Positions 63,570 to 64,000 of a DNA stretch of 64,000 nucleotides are shown here, in pieces. The translations under genes and the position numbers were made by a program. The stretch is taken from contig NC_086108.1 in NCBI RefSeq assembly GCF_963921235.1, forward strand, positions 101,372,001-101,436,000, given 5' to 3'. The stretch is from Mobula hypostoma (lineage: Eukaryota). How positions within the stretch are numbered: position 1 is the stretch's first letter; every line of letters starts with the position of its first letter. The notes below the pieces were generated by a model. The model was not told the origin of the DNA. It saw only the letters and a program-made list of their open reading frames with translations, and made no database searches.

Positions 63570-64000
63570 TCCAAGGTCAATCAATGCCTTTCATGCTTGT
63601 TTTGAAAGGGAGAATAAAACTACTGCTGTGAGGATCGCTACAGAACCTGGTAAGGCTCTGAAAACCTGTGCCAACTAACTGGCGGGGGTGCTCAAAGACC
63701 TTTTCAATCTCTCACTGCTACAGTCAGAAGTTCCCACCGGCTTTAAAAGGGCAACAATTATACCAGTGGCCAAGAAGAGTAGTGCAAGCTGCCTTAACAA
63801 CTATTGTCCAACAGCCCTCACATCTACAGTGATGAAGTGCTTTGAGGGTTTGGTCATGGCTAGAATCAACCCTGCCTTAGCAACAACCTGGATCTATCGC
63901 CACAATAGCTGGGCACGATCTTGTAGGCTCTTCATGTGGCCTTGGATCTCCTGGAAAATATAAATTCCCAATGCCTACGTCAGAATAGTGTTCATTGACT
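63570..64000 (+). mobile_element. Rex1/Babar-like LINE RT fragment running off the window edge
   Basis: FNLSLLQSEVPTGFKRATIIPV...ALTSTVMKCFE. Confidence 0.8.

Overview
Eukaryotic (vertebrate) genomic DNA. The repeat landscape (CR1, Rex1/Babar-type LINEs, V-SINE-type SINEs, Penelope-like elements) suggests a cartilaginous fish, which is an inference. The window holds one complete protein-coding gene on the + strand: a 14-coding-exon CLCA-family gene (calcium-activated chloride channel regulator), 13450-61652. Manual splicing at GT-AG sites gives 2769 nt, or 922 aa, with no frameshift or internal stop. The protein has a signal peptide, HExxH metalloprotease domain, Cys-rich region, VWA/MIDAS domain, beta-sheet region with the self-cleavage-site motif, FnIII-like domain and a C-terminal transmembrane anchor. 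Nearly everything else is transposon-derived. Highlights: (1) Asn replaces the conserved Asp zinc ligand of the CLCA protease (GVFNEY instead of GVFDEY). (2) There are many Penelope-derived minimal hammerhead ribozyme motifs, including short palindromic insertions with 12-15 bp TSDs; one is a perfect 84-bp hairpin just upstream of the exon encoding the membrane anchor. (3) Three solo LTRs with 4-bp TSDs lie in the first 5.2 kb. (4) Young inverted CR1 tails bracket exons 7-8 and 9-10. (5) A hAT-like element carries a possible poison exon. Transposon boundaries without TSDs are approximate.
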